Shown here in pieces: positions 1 to 6,968 of a stretch of 16,625 bases of DNA. Each line of letters begins with the position of its first letter. Positions within the stretch are counted from its first letter, which is position 1. Source of the stretch: a virus (taxonomy: Duplodnaviria; Heunggongvirae; Uroviricota; Caudoviricetes); the IMG/VR virus record IMGVR_UViG_2778261459_000008; one strand, given 5' to 3'. The notes under the pieces were generated by a model. That model did no database searches, was not told the origin of the DNA, and saw only the letters and a list, made by a program, of their open reading frames with translations. Both the position numbers and the translations under genes were made by a program.

Positions 1-222
1 GTGGTGATATGGATGACGGATGGCTGGCCGCTGTATGAATCCCGCCTGAAGGGAAAGCTGCACGTAATCAGCAAGCGTTACACTCAGCGCATTGAGCGAC
101 ATAATCTGAATCTGAGACAACATCTGGCAAGGCTGGGACGGAAGTCACTGTCGTTCTCAAAATCGGTGGAGCTGCATGACAAAGTCATCGGGCATTATCT
201 GAACATAAAGCACTATCAATAA
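1..222 (+). CDS. insB: IS1 transposase InsB, C-terminal part (5' end cut by window edge)
   Basis: 73-aa in-frame translation [73 protein letters not shown] with stop at 220-222; recognised as InsB C-terminus. Confidence 0.85.
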   Translation: MVIWMTDGWPLYESRLKGKLHVISKRYTQRIERHNLNLRQHLARLGRKSLSFSKSVELHDKVIGHYLNIKHYQ

Positions 223-237
223 GTTGGAGTCATTACC
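1..237 (+). mobile_element. IS1 insertion sequence, right-hand portion; the window begins inside the element and its terminal inverted repeat ends at about 237
   Basis: The 1-222 translation ends ...[10 protein letters not shown], which I recognise as the InsB C-terminus. It is followed by CAATAAGTTGGAGTCATTACC, matching the IS1 terminal inverted repeat as I recall it. Left boundary is outside the window. Confidence 0.85.
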
Positions 238-570
238 AGAAAAATACAGTTCGCTATCCTACAAATTATCATTCGTCGATGTAAGGAATAGTTATGAATA
301 CAGGCATCTCAAGGCACATAAACACAAAAAAAGATTAATATTCTACTGTTTTATTTTGACGCGGGTTGAAAGAGGCAGAATTAAAACCTCGTAAATTGAA
401 ATATATATTGATGTAGTGAATGTATCTTAGGTAAATAATATATATTATTTATTTAACGATTTATAGCAACTCAATATTAGCCTCTCGTATAAATACACAT
501 TAGGTGATAGATTAACCTTCGCTATTTTCTCACTCTGTGTCGAATATATTTATTTCCTGAATAATTAATC

Positions 571-1233
571 ATGGCAAAAAGAACCAAAGCCGAAGCTCTG
601 AAGACCCGGCAAGAACTGATTGAAACTGCCATCGCCCAGTTTGCGCAGCATGGCGTAAGCAAGACGACGCTCAACGACATTGCCGACGCCGCTAACGTTA
701 CGCGTGGCGCTATCTACTGGCACTTCGAAAACAAGACTCAACTGTTTAATGAGATGTGGTTGCAACAGCCTTCATTGCGGGAGTTAATCCAGGAACACTT
801 GACGGCTGGATTAGAGCATGACCCGTTTCAACAATTGCGTGAAAAATTGATTGTCGGCTTGCAATATATTGCCAAAATTCCCCGCCAGCAGGCGTTGCTG
901 AAAATCTTATATCACAAATGTGAATTTAATGATGAGATGCTGGCCGAGGGAGTGATACGCGAAAAGATGGGCTTTAATCCGCAGACTCTCCGCGAAGTAT
1001 TGCAGGCGTGTCAGCAACAAGGTTGTGTAGCAAATAACCTCGATTTAGATGTTGTGATGATTATTATTGATGGTGCCTTCAGCGGAATTGTTCAAAACTG
1101 GTTAATGAATATGGCGGGTTATGATCTTTATAAACAAGCCCCCGCTCTGGTCGATAACGTATTAAGAATGTTCATGCCAGATGAAAACATAACGAAATTA
1201 ATTCATCAAACGAATGAATTAAGTGTCATGTAA
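571..1233 (+). CDS. envR: TetR-family transcriptional repressor EnvR/AcrS (regulator of acrEF/acrAB efflux)
   Basis: 220-aa ORF with N-terminal TetR HTH (TRQELIETAIAQFAQHGVSKTTLNDIADAANVTRGAIYWHF); length and sequence match my recollection of E. coli EnvR; followed by yhdU and yhdJ as in K-12. Confidence 0.85.
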   Translation: MAKRTKAEALKTRQELIETAIAQFAQHGVSKTTLNDIADAANVTRGAIYWHFENKTQLFNEMWLQQPSLRELIQEHLTAGLEHDPFQQLREKLIVGLQYIAKIPRQQALLKILYHKCEFNDEMLAEGVIREKMGFNPQTLREVLQACQQQGCVANNLDLDVVMIIIDGAFSGIVQNWLMNMAGYDLYKQAPALVDNVLRMFMPDENITKLIHQTNELSVM

Positions 1234-1235
1234 AT

Positions 1236-1415
1236 TCACATTCTGTCCTGAAAATTCAGTTCGTCACAGTTAACCAGTTTTAGTGGATTAACTGAGTTCA
1301 TATTGCGGCATTTGTCTGTTTCTGTTGCCAGCAGTTCAATCCACTGCATCAGTAAAGTATCAAACAGAAAAACGAAGACAGCGAAAACGACGAGCCACCA
1401 ATACTTGCGAATCAT
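1236..1415 (-). CDS. yhdU: small membrane protein YhdU (DUF2556-like)
   Basis: The minus-strand ORF 1236-1442 contains a 59-aa product from the internal Met (MIRKYWWLVVFAVFVFLFDTLLMQWIELL...) with one hydrophobic helix; it sits between envR and yhdJ as in K-12. Start choice (1415 vs 1442) is uncertain. Confidence 0.7.
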   Translation of the reverse strand: MIRKYWWLVVFAVFVFLFDTLLMQWIELLATETDKCRNMNSVNPLKLVNCDELNFQDRM

Positions 1416-1498
1416 TACCTGAGCCTGTGCATGTTTAACCAAGTCTGGCAGGAAATATACACGAAATGAATAATCTGAAAACCAGGCTTACACATCCT

Positions 1499-2383
1499 TT
1501 ACTTTGTAATGAGATCGGGGTCAACTTCGCTTAACCGGCTTCGTTTTGACAGGTTGCCGGTCTTTCTTTTTTTCACTTTCGCCAGTTCTTCCGCAGAGTA
1601 ATGCGACGCGACATCCAGCCGTCGAAGCCCCATTTTGATGTACTCGCTGTTGATCTCAATACCAATGAATTTTCGTCCGCTGGCGATGGCTACGGCACCG
1701 GTAGTAAAGCTACCAGCAAACGGGTCGAGAACGATATCGCCTGGGTTGGAAGAGGCGAGAATAATGCGTTTCAGTAAGGCTTCCGGTTTTTGCGTCGGGT
1801 GGTTTTCATATTCATCCATCAAATAACGCACGCGCGGAAAATCCCAAACGTTACCCGGTACTTTTTGATGATTGTAAGGCTGTGGAGGATTTTTGCGATA
1901 ATCGATCAACGCGCGCTGCGATCCGGTTTTGGCTTCTACCAGAATAGCATCACCGTTGAATGTGTAGTTCTTTGCGTCTTTCACCATCATCAGGATGGGT
2001 TCGTACATGGAGCCGTAGTGTTTTTTCGCCTGCACTCCAGAACTGTCATATGACCAGACGATGCGACTTTTGATGGTAAAAAGCTTGCGGCACTGGAGAT
2101 CGATAAAGGGCATGTTTTCCGTACTGTTCATGATGTACATGCTGCCCTGCTTTTTCAGAACGCGGTGGCACTCTGCAATCACTTCAAACAGCCAGTCGAT
2201 AAACAGATCTTCTTTCCAGGCTTCGATCAGACCATCAAAATTTTTACCGATGTTATATGGTGGGTCGGCAAAGATCAGATCGACACTTTCGGCGGGGATC
2301 TTTTTAAGTTCGGCAAGCGCATCACCGTGAATAATGGTCTTAGCTTCATTACCAAACCGGGTCGGTTCACATCCTGTTCTCAT
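1499..2383 (-). CDS. yhdJ: N6-adenine DNA methyltransferase YhdJ
   Basis: Minus-strand ORF with DPPY motif (LIFADPPYNIG) and SAM-binding region (VLDPFAGSFTTG). The ATG at 2383 is preceded by GGGAG; the ORF-track start at 2389 is a GTG two codons upstream. Confidence 0.85.
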   Translation of the reverse strand: MRTGCEPTRFGNEAKTIIHGDALAELKKIPAESVDLIFADPPYNIGKNFDGLIEAWKEDLFIDWLFEVIAECHRVLKKQGSMYIMNSTENMPFIDLQCRKLFTIKSRIVWSYDSSGVQAKKHYGSMYEPILMMVKDAKNYTFNGDAILVEAKTGSQRALIDYRKNPPQPYNHQKVPGNVWDFPRVRYLMDEYENHPTQKPEALLKRIILASSNPGDIVLDPFAGSFTTGAVAIASGRKFIGIEINSEYIKMGLRRLDVASHYSAEELAKVKKRKTGNLSKRSRLSEVDPDLITK

Positions 2384-2406
2384 GGTCACTCCCTTTGTGA
2401 CACCTA

Positions 2407-2445
2407 TAAAAAAGGCGCTTCCCCATGCCGAGTAGCGCCTTTTTA
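2407..2445 (-). terminator. rho-independent terminator in the yhdJ-fis intergenic region (A-run, GC stem, T-run; bidirectional in form)
   Basis: AAAAAAGGCGCT-tccccatgccgagt-AGCGCCTTTTT: stem GGCGCT/AGCGCC flanked by an A-tract and a T-tract. Confidence 0.6.
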
Positions 2446-2468
2446 ATCAAGCATTTAGCTAACCTGAA

Positions 2469-2487
2469 TTAGTTCATGCCGTATTTT
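2469..2487 (-). other. fis: fis 3'-terminal fragment (last codons K-Y-G-M-N-stop only), proposed core of the island attachment site / island-chromosome junction
   Basis: Reverse complement of 2469-2487 is AAAATACGGCATGAACTAA, encoding KYGMN-stop, which matches the Fis C-terminus as I recall it. A TGA occurs in frame immediately upstream and the preceding sequence is not fis-like. Position relative to yhdJ (about 85 bp upstream) matches K-12 synteny. Confidence 0.6.
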
Positions 2488-2670
2488 CAAAACCTACGTT
2501 TTTTACCGTTCGGATATGTTTGCTAATGTTCATCTATGATACTGATATAAAACAATAAAATTGATTTATCGGTTTGCCTTTGTTCATTGCCGTTCATAGA
2601 GTAACATTGATATGTGCAGTCAGTGGTGCAGTCAGTTTGGCGTACCAAATGATATGAACTGAGGTTTTCA

Positions 2671-3894
2671 ATGGCTGGTGGAACGAACAAATTAAGCGAT
2701 ACATCGCTTCGTAAAATGCTGGGAAGGGAGAGCCCCGGAGACAGCTTCTATGCTGATGGCGATGGGCTAAGTGTGAAGGTGTCCAGATCGGGCGTGTTGA
2801 CTTGGTATTTCACTTTCCGCATAGGTGGCCGGGAATCAACATCTCAGCGTATAAAGCTGGGTAATTATCCAGACCTTTCACTCAAAGCAGCTCGTGAGAA
2901 ACGAGAGCAGTGTCGCGCATGGCTCGCAGAGGGAAAGAATCCAAAGCACCAGTTGAGCGTTACGACTCAGGAAACGTTAAAGCCGGTGACAGTCAGGGAT
3001 GCCCTTGAATACTGGATCAGGGAATATGCCACCCATAACCGCGCTAATGTTGAAAAGCACATTGAGCAGCTCAATAAGCATATCTTTCCTTATATAGGTA
3101 CTTATCCGCTTTCTATGTGTGAAACTCGCCACTGGCTGGAATGTTTCGCCAGGGTAAGGAACGAAGCGCCTGTAGCGGCTGGCTATCTTTTGCAGATGTG
3201 TAAGCAAGCACTCAAGTTCTGCCGGGTTCATCGGTATGCGGTGAGTAACGTCCTGGACGATCTGACCATTGACGATGTTGGACGTAAACAGAATAAGCGG
3301 GACAGGGAGCATACCCGGCAAGAACTTGCTGATATATGGCGAGAATGCTCAGGCCTGAAATTTAAGCCCTACTACTCAGCTCTATTACGTCTGCTGGTGG
3401 TGTTTGGCTGCCGAACTCAGGAGCTGAGATTATCTCGCGTAACCGAATGGGATCTAAATGATTGGGTTTGGACGGTACCTAAAGAGCACAGCAAAGGTGG
3501 TGAGAAAATACTACGGCCTATTCCCGTAGATATTCGCCCATTTATCAAACAGCTTTTAGAGCAGCACCAAAGCACAGGGCTATTGCTGGGAGAGATAAAG
3601 AAACCGGAAGCTGTCAGTCAGTGGGGAAGGATGTTGTATAAGCGTCTGGGCCACTCTGAACCGTGGACGCTTCACGATTTACGCCGTACATTTTCCACGA
3701 CTCTGAACAACATGGGAATTGCTCCGCATGTTGTCGAGCAGCTTCTGGGCCATGCGCTGGGCGGTGTCATGTCCGTATATAACCGCAGTCAGTATTTACC
3801 TGAAAAGCTGGATGCACTGAATAAATGGATGCAGAGATTAGATGTTATTACCTCTGATATCTCAAATGTTACTATTCTTGAGGTCGCAAGATGA
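2671..3894 (+). CDS. int: tyrosine site-specific integrase (P4/CP4-57-like phage integrase family)
   Basis: 407-aa ORF; N-terminal DUF4102-like arm-binding region (GLSVKVSRSGVLTWYFTFRIGGRESTSQRIKLGNYPDLSLKAAREKREQCRAWLAEGKNP); C-terminal catalytic signature (HDLRRTFSTTL ... LGHALGGVMSVYNRSQY); SD GAGG 8 nt upstream of the ATG. Confidence 0.9.
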   Translation: MAGGTNKLSDTSLRKMLGRESPGDSFYADGDGLSVKVSRSGVLTWYFTFRIGGRESTSQRIKLGNYPDLSLKAAREKREQCRAWLAEGKNPKHQLSVTTQETLKPVTVRDALEYWIREYATHNRANVEKHIEQLNKHIFPYIGTYPLSMCETRHWLECFARVRNEAPVAAGYLLQMCKQALKFCRVHRYAVSNVLDDLTIDDVGRKQNKRDREHTRQELADIWRECSGLKFKPYYSALLRLLVVFGCRTQELRLSRVTEWDLNDWVWTVPKEHSKGGEKILRPIPVDIRPFIKQLLEQHQSTGLLLGEIKKPEAVSQWGRMLYKRLGHSEPWTLHDLRRTFSTTLNNMGIAPHVVEQLLGHALGGVMSVYNRSQYLPEKLDALNKWMQRLDVITSDISNVTILEVAR

Positions 3895-4733
3895 TAAAAA
3901 AAATTAACAGTAAAAGAGACTTACCAAAGTCATTCAGCTTAGAAAAATATGATGACCTTGAAAATATGTCTGATAAGGATTTGTTTCGTCAGCTTTATTG
4001 GCGATGCGATGATTTAACAATAAAAAATACAGACTGCCCTGACTATGGTTTGCAATATGGTGCTAAATACCCGCTTAACAATAATTTTGGTGATCCATTC
4101 GGGGAACTCAAAGCAGAAGAATGGTTTCTTGAAAAGCAAAAGGAATACGAGTACAAGACTCAGCCTGATTTGCTGAAATTAAGTTACGGCGATGGTATAA
4201 AACCATTAATGCGATTTGAGTTGGCATTTTTAAATAAAATCAATGCTGATAAAGGTCACTGGAAAGGAAAGCCAATAGTAGTTGACGATGATTTGGTGGG
4301 GGATTTGTTTACAGCAGATAACGGTATGTTTTGGGCTGTCATGCGTGAGCCAGTAAACTTACTTTCTGATGTTGTGGAAAACGTGATGATTACTGTTGAC
4401 TTAAACAACAGAGATGATCTTTTGATTGAAGCATTCACGAACCTCCTCCCAAAATGGCGCGAAGAACTCGGAATACCTGAACCAGATAAGCCAGTCTCAG
4501 GGGACTGGGAGAGCGTCAGACGGAAGATAATTGACTACAGAATAATTCCACTTATTGATTTGATGTCATGGGAAAGCGCTACCGACAGCAAAATATCCCT
4601 TGGCGTACTCGCAGTATCCCTGTTCCCGGATGGGGAAAAGGAGTCCTTTGCCATAGCTCAAACGGTGAAACCTTTCTTGGATAAAATTATGAGAAGTGAT
4701 TCTTTAGATAAAATCAGGAAAGAATTATCTTGA
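3891..4733 (+). CDS. hypothetical protein, 280 aa, AT-rich cargo gene translationally coupled to the integrase (ATGA overlap)
   Basis: Uninterrupted ORF whose ATG overlaps the int stop (ATGA at 3891-3894); visibly lower GC than flanking genes; no motif I can assign; followed by a strong terminator. Confidence 0.6.
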   Translation: MIKKINSKRDLPKSFSLEKYDDLENMSDKDLFRQLYWRCDDLTIKNTDCPDYGLQYGAKYPLNNNFGDPFGELKAEEWFLEKQKEYEYKTQPDLLKLSYGDGIKPLMRFELAFLNKINADKGHWKGKPIVVDDDLVGDLFTADNGMFWAVMREPVNLLSDVVENVMITVDLNNRDDLLIEAFTNLLPKWREELGIPEPDKPVSGDWESVRRKIIDYRIIPLIDLMSWESATDSKISLGVLAVSLFPDGEKESFAIAQTVKPFLDKIMRSDSLDKIRKELS

Positions 4734-4811
4734 TATAACTGAATCAGGGTAACTCCTTTAGAGGAATATAATTTTTTTCTCACCGTCGCGGTGATAATTT
4801 TTTTGAATAAG

Positions 4812-4848
4812 AATGCTCTCGAACCCTAGCGAACGAGAGCATTTTTTT
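4812..4848 (+). terminator. rho-independent terminator after the 280-aa gene; its T-tract runs into the alpA start codon
   Basis: AATGCTCTCG (4812-4821) pairs with CGAGAGCATT (4834-4843), followed by TTTTTTT and then ATG at 4849. Confidence 0.65.
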
Positions 4849-5058
4849 ATGAACAATATTAAACAATCCCAGCAGCCAGCAGAAAGAGTTATCCGTGAGG
4901 CTGAGTGCCGGCAGCTAACCGGTATTTGTCGAACCACTCGATACATGATGGAAAAAGAGGGGAGCTTTCCCGCCCGCCGCAAGCTGGGAGGTCGTGCTGT
5001 TGGTTGGCTTCTGTCTGAGGTCACAGCATGGCAGCAGAGCCGCAGCAAAGCAGCGTGA
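4849..5058 (+). CDS. alpA: AlpA-family phage/island transcriptional regulator (excisionase-like HTH)
   Basis: 69-aa product MNNIKQSQQP...CRQLTGICRTTRYMMEKEGSFPARRKLGGRAVGWLLSEVTAWQQ carries the AlpA signature (LTG.sR.T.Y....G.FP....LGGR.VGW...E...W). Start at 4849 chosen over the upstream in-frame ATG at 4813 by length similarity to AlpA; no clear SD for either. Confidence 0.8.
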   Translation: MNNIKQSQQPAERVIREAECRQLTGICRTTRYMMEKEGSFPARRKLGGRAVGWLLSEVTAWQQSRSKAA

Positions 5059-5399
5059 GGGGTGGGAAATGTCACATAAAACAAAAGCGGCCATGCAGGG
5101 CCGCCAATGTCACTACCAAAAACTTAAGCAAAGTCAGGATACCAGGGTTAATGCTAGTGGTCAAAGCCAGAGCGCTGCTGGGATTAAAGGAACTGCGGCA
5201 TTGGCGCACACCCTATTTCCCCAAATCTGGGGAGAACTGGATCATCATGCGGGGTGTGCTGCAATGCAGCATACCCCGGAGAAATCCCGTAGTTTCGACA
5301 AATACCCAGATATTGGGTGTTATGGCCTGCATAAAATCACACCTGCGGTTCTTATTCCTGTCCCCGGCTCTTCTTTAGCTCATTTGCAATGGCGGATAT

Positions 5400-5654
5400 T
5401 TAATCACGTGGTAACCAGCCTTTCGCATTCCTTTTGGGGATTGGAAGGTTCTTTTCCTTCAAAATACGTAAAATGGCAGGTTCTGAATGTGGTCCCCAAC
5501 CATCCCAATTACCTTCCCAACAGTCGTTACAGCAGAAAGCCCTACCGTATAATTGCAGTACACGTCCTTGGTAAAGGTCTGGGCCAAATCGTGTTTCTGA
5601 TCCACAGACTTCACATGTGCAATAAAAATGCCCTTTCTCATCTATGCGCATCAT
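5400..5654 (-). CDS. hypothetical Cys-rich small protein (putative zinc-binding), second gene of a two-gene minus-strand operon
   Basis: Product MMRIDEKGHFYCTCEVCGSETRFGPDLYQGRVLQLYGRAFCCNDCWEGNWDGW... contains C-x-C-x2-C and CC-x2-C clusters; GAGGA sits 5 nt upstream of the ATG at 5654; it lies 1 nt downstream of the stop of the upstream RHH gene. The ORF track extends it to a TTG at 5666. Confidence 0.5.
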   Translation of the reverse strand: MMRIDEKGHFYCTCEVCGSETRFGPDLYQGRVLQLYGRAFCCNDCWEGNWDGWGPHSEPAILRILKEKNLPIPKRNAKGWLPRD

Positions 5655-5667
5655 CTTCTTCCTCAAA

Positions 5668-5877
5668 TCAACCTTTTGGTTCTATTCCTTGCCGACGCAA
5701 TTCCGCGCGAGCTAATTCTTTTATCCAATTACCAAGACTTACGCCTTCGCGCTCCGCTGCATCGTTCAGTTGCTGGCGTAGATCAGGGTTGATTCTGATC
5801 TGGAAAGTAGGTGACCAGCCATCACCTTTAGGGGTTTTGTCTCGTTTAATTGTTGACACGTACGTACATAACCTCAT
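5668..5877 (-). CDS. ribbon-helix-helix (CopG/Arc/MetJ-like) DNA-binding protein; start codon uncertain (ATG at 5877 or GTG at 5859)
   Basis: The C-terminal 45 aa (SPTFQIRINPDLRQQLNDAAEREGVSLGNWIKELARAELRRQ) has the beta-strand plus two-helix pattern of RHH repressors. The ORF-track N-terminal extension to 5970 is merely the translation of the palindrome and is unlikely to be coding. Confidence 0.55.
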   Translation of the reverse strand: MRLCTYVSTIKRDKTPKGDGWSPTFQIRINPDLRQQLNDAAEREGVSLGNWIKELARAELRRQGIEPKG

Positions 5878-5904
5878 AGCATGTATTTTGTTATGTACGT
5901 ACGT
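5858..5904. promoter_or_regulatory. perfect 15-bp inverted repeat (ACGTACGTACATAAC, 17-bp spacer, GTTATGTACGTACGT): candidate operator in the divergent control region
   Basis: Read directly: 5858-5872 is the exact reverse complement of 5890-5904. It lies between the minus-strand RHH gene and the plus-strand replication operon starting at 5993; TTGACA is at 5852-5857. Confidence 0.6.
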
Positions 5905-5992
5905 TATCACGTCTGGCATAGAAAAGACAACGCCCCAAACTGTTGGAGCAGTATTGGGGCGTCTAACCAAACCGTTAGTTGAGGTAACAGTT

Positions 5993-6205
5993 ATGGCTGA
6001 ATTACAGCATACCCAAACTCGCCCGGAATTTACATGGAGATTTATCTCTGCTTCTGAGCGCTACCCTACCGCCAAACCATTGGTGATCTACGTCAACGCA
6101 TCCAGCGAACAGGAGGCCCGCGACACTATGCCGGGTGTAAACCTCATTTTCGCAGCACGTCTCCCATTCCATGCCTTTCAGGCAATGGAGGTACGCCATG
6201 CGTGA
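5993..6205 (+). CDS. hypothetical protein, 70 aa, first gene of the replication-module operon
   Basis: ATG at 5993 with GAGG 8 nt upstream; product MAELQHTQTRPEFTWRFISASERYPTAKPLVIYVNASSEQEARDTMPGVNLIF...; stop overlaps the next start. The 403-aa track ORF 4994-6205 is mostly spurious read-through; only this 3' part looks genic. Confidence 0.5.
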   Translation: MAELQHTQTRPEFTWRFISASERYPTAKPLVIYVNASSEQEARDTMPGVNLIFAARLPFHAFQAMEVRHA

Positions 6206-6383
6206 ATTAACCAATAAAAGTGCGTCAATAGCCTGTGAACTGGCTGCGTTGTTGATGGTTGTCGAAGAGTGCGACGTTGATCAGGTTGAGCGTGAAAACC
6301 TTATCAGTCTGGCCAGACGAGTATCGGATCAACTGGCGGCAAGCATGGTCGAGCAGAATTCAACGGGGGGGCTCAATGGATAA
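6198..6383 (+). CDS. hypothetical small protein, 61 aa, paralogue of the next gene
   Basis: ATG at 6198 with GGAGG 6 nt upstream; overlaps upstream stop and downstream start. Confidence 0.5.
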   Translation: MRELTNKSASIACELAALLMVVEECDVDQVERENLISLARRVSDQLAASMVEQNSTGGLNG

Positions 6384-6603
6384 CTTTTACACCTACCGCA
6401 GCAAAAAAGATTTGCTGTTACTGGCGCAAGAGGTTGCCGCGCTTCTGTCATGTGCTGCTTACCTTGCGACTACCAGAGGCGAGGAAGAGCGTATCCATGT
6501 AATGAGTTTGACGCACCTGGCTCAACGGCTTTCTGACGAGCTGGCAAACTCACTGGATATTTCTACTTTTTCAGACCCTGAATCGCGGGAGGCAAAATCA
6601 TGA
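6376..6603 (+). CDS. hypothetical small protein, 75 aa, paralogue of the previous gene
   Basis: ATG at 6376 preceded by a G-rich SD-like run; shares the pattern A..LAALL...ER...SLA.R.SD.LA.S with the 6198-6383 product; overlaps the next start (ATGA at 6600-6603). Confidence 0.5.
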   Translation: MDNFYTYRSKKDLLLLAQEVAALLSCAAYLATTRGEEERIHVMSLTHLAQRLSDELANSLDISTFSDPESREAKS

Positions 6604-6968
6604 TCAGCAATGTGAAGTTTTACGAGCTGGCTAAGCGCGTTGATCTGCTGGTTGAAAAGGTTTTGCATCTTGAGGCACAGGTTAAGTCACTCACTGATAG
6701 TCAGGGGGGGGAAATCCCTCCGGGTATGACGCCAGTAGCAACACTGGCCGCTGAATACGGTATCTCAACCAATAAGGCTGAGGAACTGGCGAAAAACACA
6801 GGGGTGATGCTGGTTAAGCTGAAATCTGGCGGGTTCGTTGCACCTGATGAAAAGTTCAGGGAAGCGGCGCGTCTGGTGCTGCGCAGCGCTAAGCGCAAAT
6901 ATGGCTCTGCGTACTGGTTCCATCCTCTGATCGGCAAATTCCAGATGAGCGGGGGCATTCCAAAATGA
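6600..6968 (+). CDS. hypothetical protein, 122 aa, translationally coupled to the helicase gene
   Basis: ATG at 6600 with GGGAGG 8 nt upstream; ATGA overlap with the downstream gene at 6965-6968; no recognisable motif. Confidence 0.55.
   Translation: MISNVKFYELAKRVDLLVEKVLHLEAQVKSLTDSQGGEIPPGMTPVATLAAEYGISTNKAEELAKNTGVMLVKLKSGGFVAPDEKFREAARLVLRSAKRKYGSAYWFHPLIGKFQMSGGIPK

Noticed and set aside
1236-1442. Full 68-aa version of the yhdU ORF starting at 1442
   Set aside because: The extra N-terminal 9 residues are not part of the 59-aa YhdU as I recall it; the internal Met at 1415 gives the conserved length. Kept as an alternative start only.
1635-2446. Four plus-strand ORFs (63-93 aa) inside and antisense to yhdJ
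   Set aside because: Fully nested antisense to a well-supported methyltransferase gene; typical shadow ORFs.
2390-2670. tRNA gene as integration target next to the integrase
   Set aside because: No cloverleaf-compatible segment or conserved tRNA box was seen; the junction instead matches the fis 3' end and its terminator.
5028-5378. 116-aa plus-strand ORF downstream of alpA
   Set aside because: Overlaps the alpA 3' end in another frame, has no SD and arbitrary-looking composition; the region looks non-coding with palindromes.
4994-6205. 403-aa plus-strand ORF spanning alpA's end to 6205
   Set aside because: It reads antisense through the RHH/Cys-rich genes and the palindrome, with implausible composition (runs of S/R/C, no motifs). 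Only its last 70 codons (5993-6205), which have a proper SD, look genic.
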